Notes under the pieces: model-generated
What the model saw: only the letters and a program-made list of their open reading frames with translations
Database searches by the model: none
Told to the model about the DNA's origin: nothing
Position numbers and translations under genes: made by a program
Assembly: GCA_964468455.1 (NCBI GenBank)
Contig: CAYYKZ010000001.1
Location: 1-28,700, forward strand
Length of the DNA stretch: 28,700 bases
Source: an uncultured Leptospirales bacterium
GTDB taxonomy: Bacteria; Spirochaetota; UBA4802; UBA5550
Direction of reading: 5' to 3'
In this document: positions 26,816-28,700 of the stretch, one piece after another
Position numbering within the stretch: position 1 is the first letter of the stretch
How the letters are laid out: every line of letters starts with the position of its first letter

Positions 26816-27943
26816 ATGACAGAAAAAAAAAAATACGAAATAATTATAAACAACGGCATCGAGGAGGGATTTCAGGTTCTTACTCTTGATAAAGAGCCCT
26901 TTATTTCATCCCTTGCAGGTTATCTCAAAAAACCTAAAAAAATATTCTTAGGGATGGGAGATTTTCTGGAAATGGGAGATTTCAATAATCTTATTGATGC
27001 TGTTCTTCTTGATAATGATGTTGCCAAGCTGGAAGGAATACTGGATAAAAATAACAGAAAACTTTCAGAGGAGGGGGAGATCCCTTTTTCTTTTTTTAAG
27101 CTCGCGGTTTATTACCCCGATTTTCTTCTCAAAGATGTACCAGTTGAATGTATTTCTACAATCGGTAAAAAAGCCAGACTTTTCCCAGGTGCCGAAATTT
27201 TTACAGGTTTTATAAAAGAGTACAATCCCCTTATTCTCACTGCAATTCCATTTGAGATATCACTGGAATATGCTAAAAGACTCGGACTTGGCCAGAAAAA
27301 TCTAATCTCAACAGAGTATAAAAAAACTGTTGTTAACAATAAACCTGTTTTTTCAGGTGATATTGTAAGGTTTATATCTGCAAACAGACGTATAATTGAA
27401 ATAGAAAAAACAATGGCTGAAATGAATTTAAGGGAAGATGACGTATTATATCTGGGCAGAGGTGAAGCCGGGACTGGAGCTTTTTCGTACTATAATTCCA
27501 TAGCTTTTAATCCATCGAGAAATATAATTGATAAATCTAAAATATCTTTATATGGCTCTACTCTTGAATCATTACTTGTTTTTTTTAATTTTGACAGTGA
27601 AATTGAAAAGCATCTGCTTTCAGACGATTTTGAGGAAAATCTTCCTTCACTGGTGGTGATATCCAACAGCAAAGAGAAGAGTGAAGAATTAATCAATATT
27701 GAACTTGAACACCGGCAGATGCAGGAAAATGTTATTGGATTAAAAATTGAGCATTCAGAAGATTCCTATGCTTCCCTCGAAAGGGAGATAAATATTCTTC
27801 TTGGCGCATCCAGCATTAACATGAGTGCAGTAAGAAATCATATCTTTTCACGTATGAAACAATATATTGAGGATCCGCAAAGTCTGGTAAAATATATATA
27901 TAACATAGCAAAGGAAAGATATAAAAGTTTCTGCTCTACTTAA
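26816..27943 (+). CDS. HAD-fold (SerB/HAD-IB-like) protein with degenerate catalytic motifs
   Basis: RLFPGAE, LILTA, AKRLGL..NLISTE, FSGDIV, VLYLGRG, SIAFNP follow the phosphoserine-phosphatase scaffold; helical C-terminal extension. Confidence 0.65.
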   Translation: MTEKKKYEIIINNGIEEGFQVLTLDKEPFISSLAGYLKKPKKIFLGMGDFLEMGDFNNLIDAVLLDNDVAKLEGILDKNNRKLSEEGEIPFSFFKLAVYYPDFLLKDVPVECISTIGKKARLFPGAEIFTGFIKEYNPLILTAIPFEISLEYAKRLGLGQKNLISTEYKKTVVNNKPVFSGDIVRFISANRRIIEIEKTMAEMNLREDDVLYLGRGEAGTGAFSYYNSIAFNPSRNIIDKSKISLYGSTLESLLVFFNFDSEIEKHLLSDDFEENLPSLVVISNSKEKSEELINIELEHRQMQENVIGLKIEHSEDSYASLEREINILLGASSINMSAVRNHIFSRMKQYIEDPQSLVKYIYNIAKERYKSFCST

Positions 27944-27996
27944 AACCCAATTACTTATAACTAAAATTTTCAGGAAAATATGAATTAATAAAGTAC

Positions 27997-28025
27997 TTGA
28001 TTATTTTAAAAAAATTAGTTATATT
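27997..28025 (+). promoter_or_regulatory. Sigma70-type promoter of eno
   Basis: TTGATT-N17-TATATT ending 70 nt upstream of the AAGGAG-preceded ATG 28096. Confidence 0.55.
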
Positions 28026-28053
28026 GTAATATGACTGCAATGTGAAATAATAA

Positions 28054-28700
<647 letters not shown>

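Overview
AT-rich bacterial chromosomal segment, mostly housekeeping and envelope genes. The gene set (proA-nadD-LCP-rsfS block, fliS plus an FlgN-like gene, FAGC lipoboxes, Treponema-like HD protein) suggests a free-living spirochaete; this is inference, not a search result. Order: partial rlmN, PBP1A, M23 peptidase, tandem-XRE regulator, two CNNM/CorC transporters (+); TraB family, lipoprotein, HIT (-); STAS, HD-GYP-like, SPL-like radical SAM, prfB, hypothetical (+); gatB, purC, fliS, FlgN-like (-); two envelope hypotheticals, proA, nadD, LCP, rsfS, tandem Cys-domain protein (+); FATP-type acyl-CoA synthetase (-); cold-shock protein (+); MBL hydrolase (-); degenerate HAD-like protein and a 5'-partial enolase (+). 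I saw no tRNA, rRNA, CRISPR array or transposase. Best leads: (1) a ~140-nt multi-stem RNA upstream of proA whose closing helix competes with a terminator-like hairpin; (2) a prfB with no internal +1 frameshift but a near-copy of the frameshift cassette just after its UGA stop; (3) a candidate anti-SD sRNA upstream of the csp promoter; (4) several apparent pseudo-enzymes or motif variants (HAD, LCP, one CNNM paralogue, SPL-like, HD-GYG); (5) an abrupt switch to foreign high-GC sequence inside eno at the window end, most likely an assembly chimera. All family calls come from motif recognition by eye.
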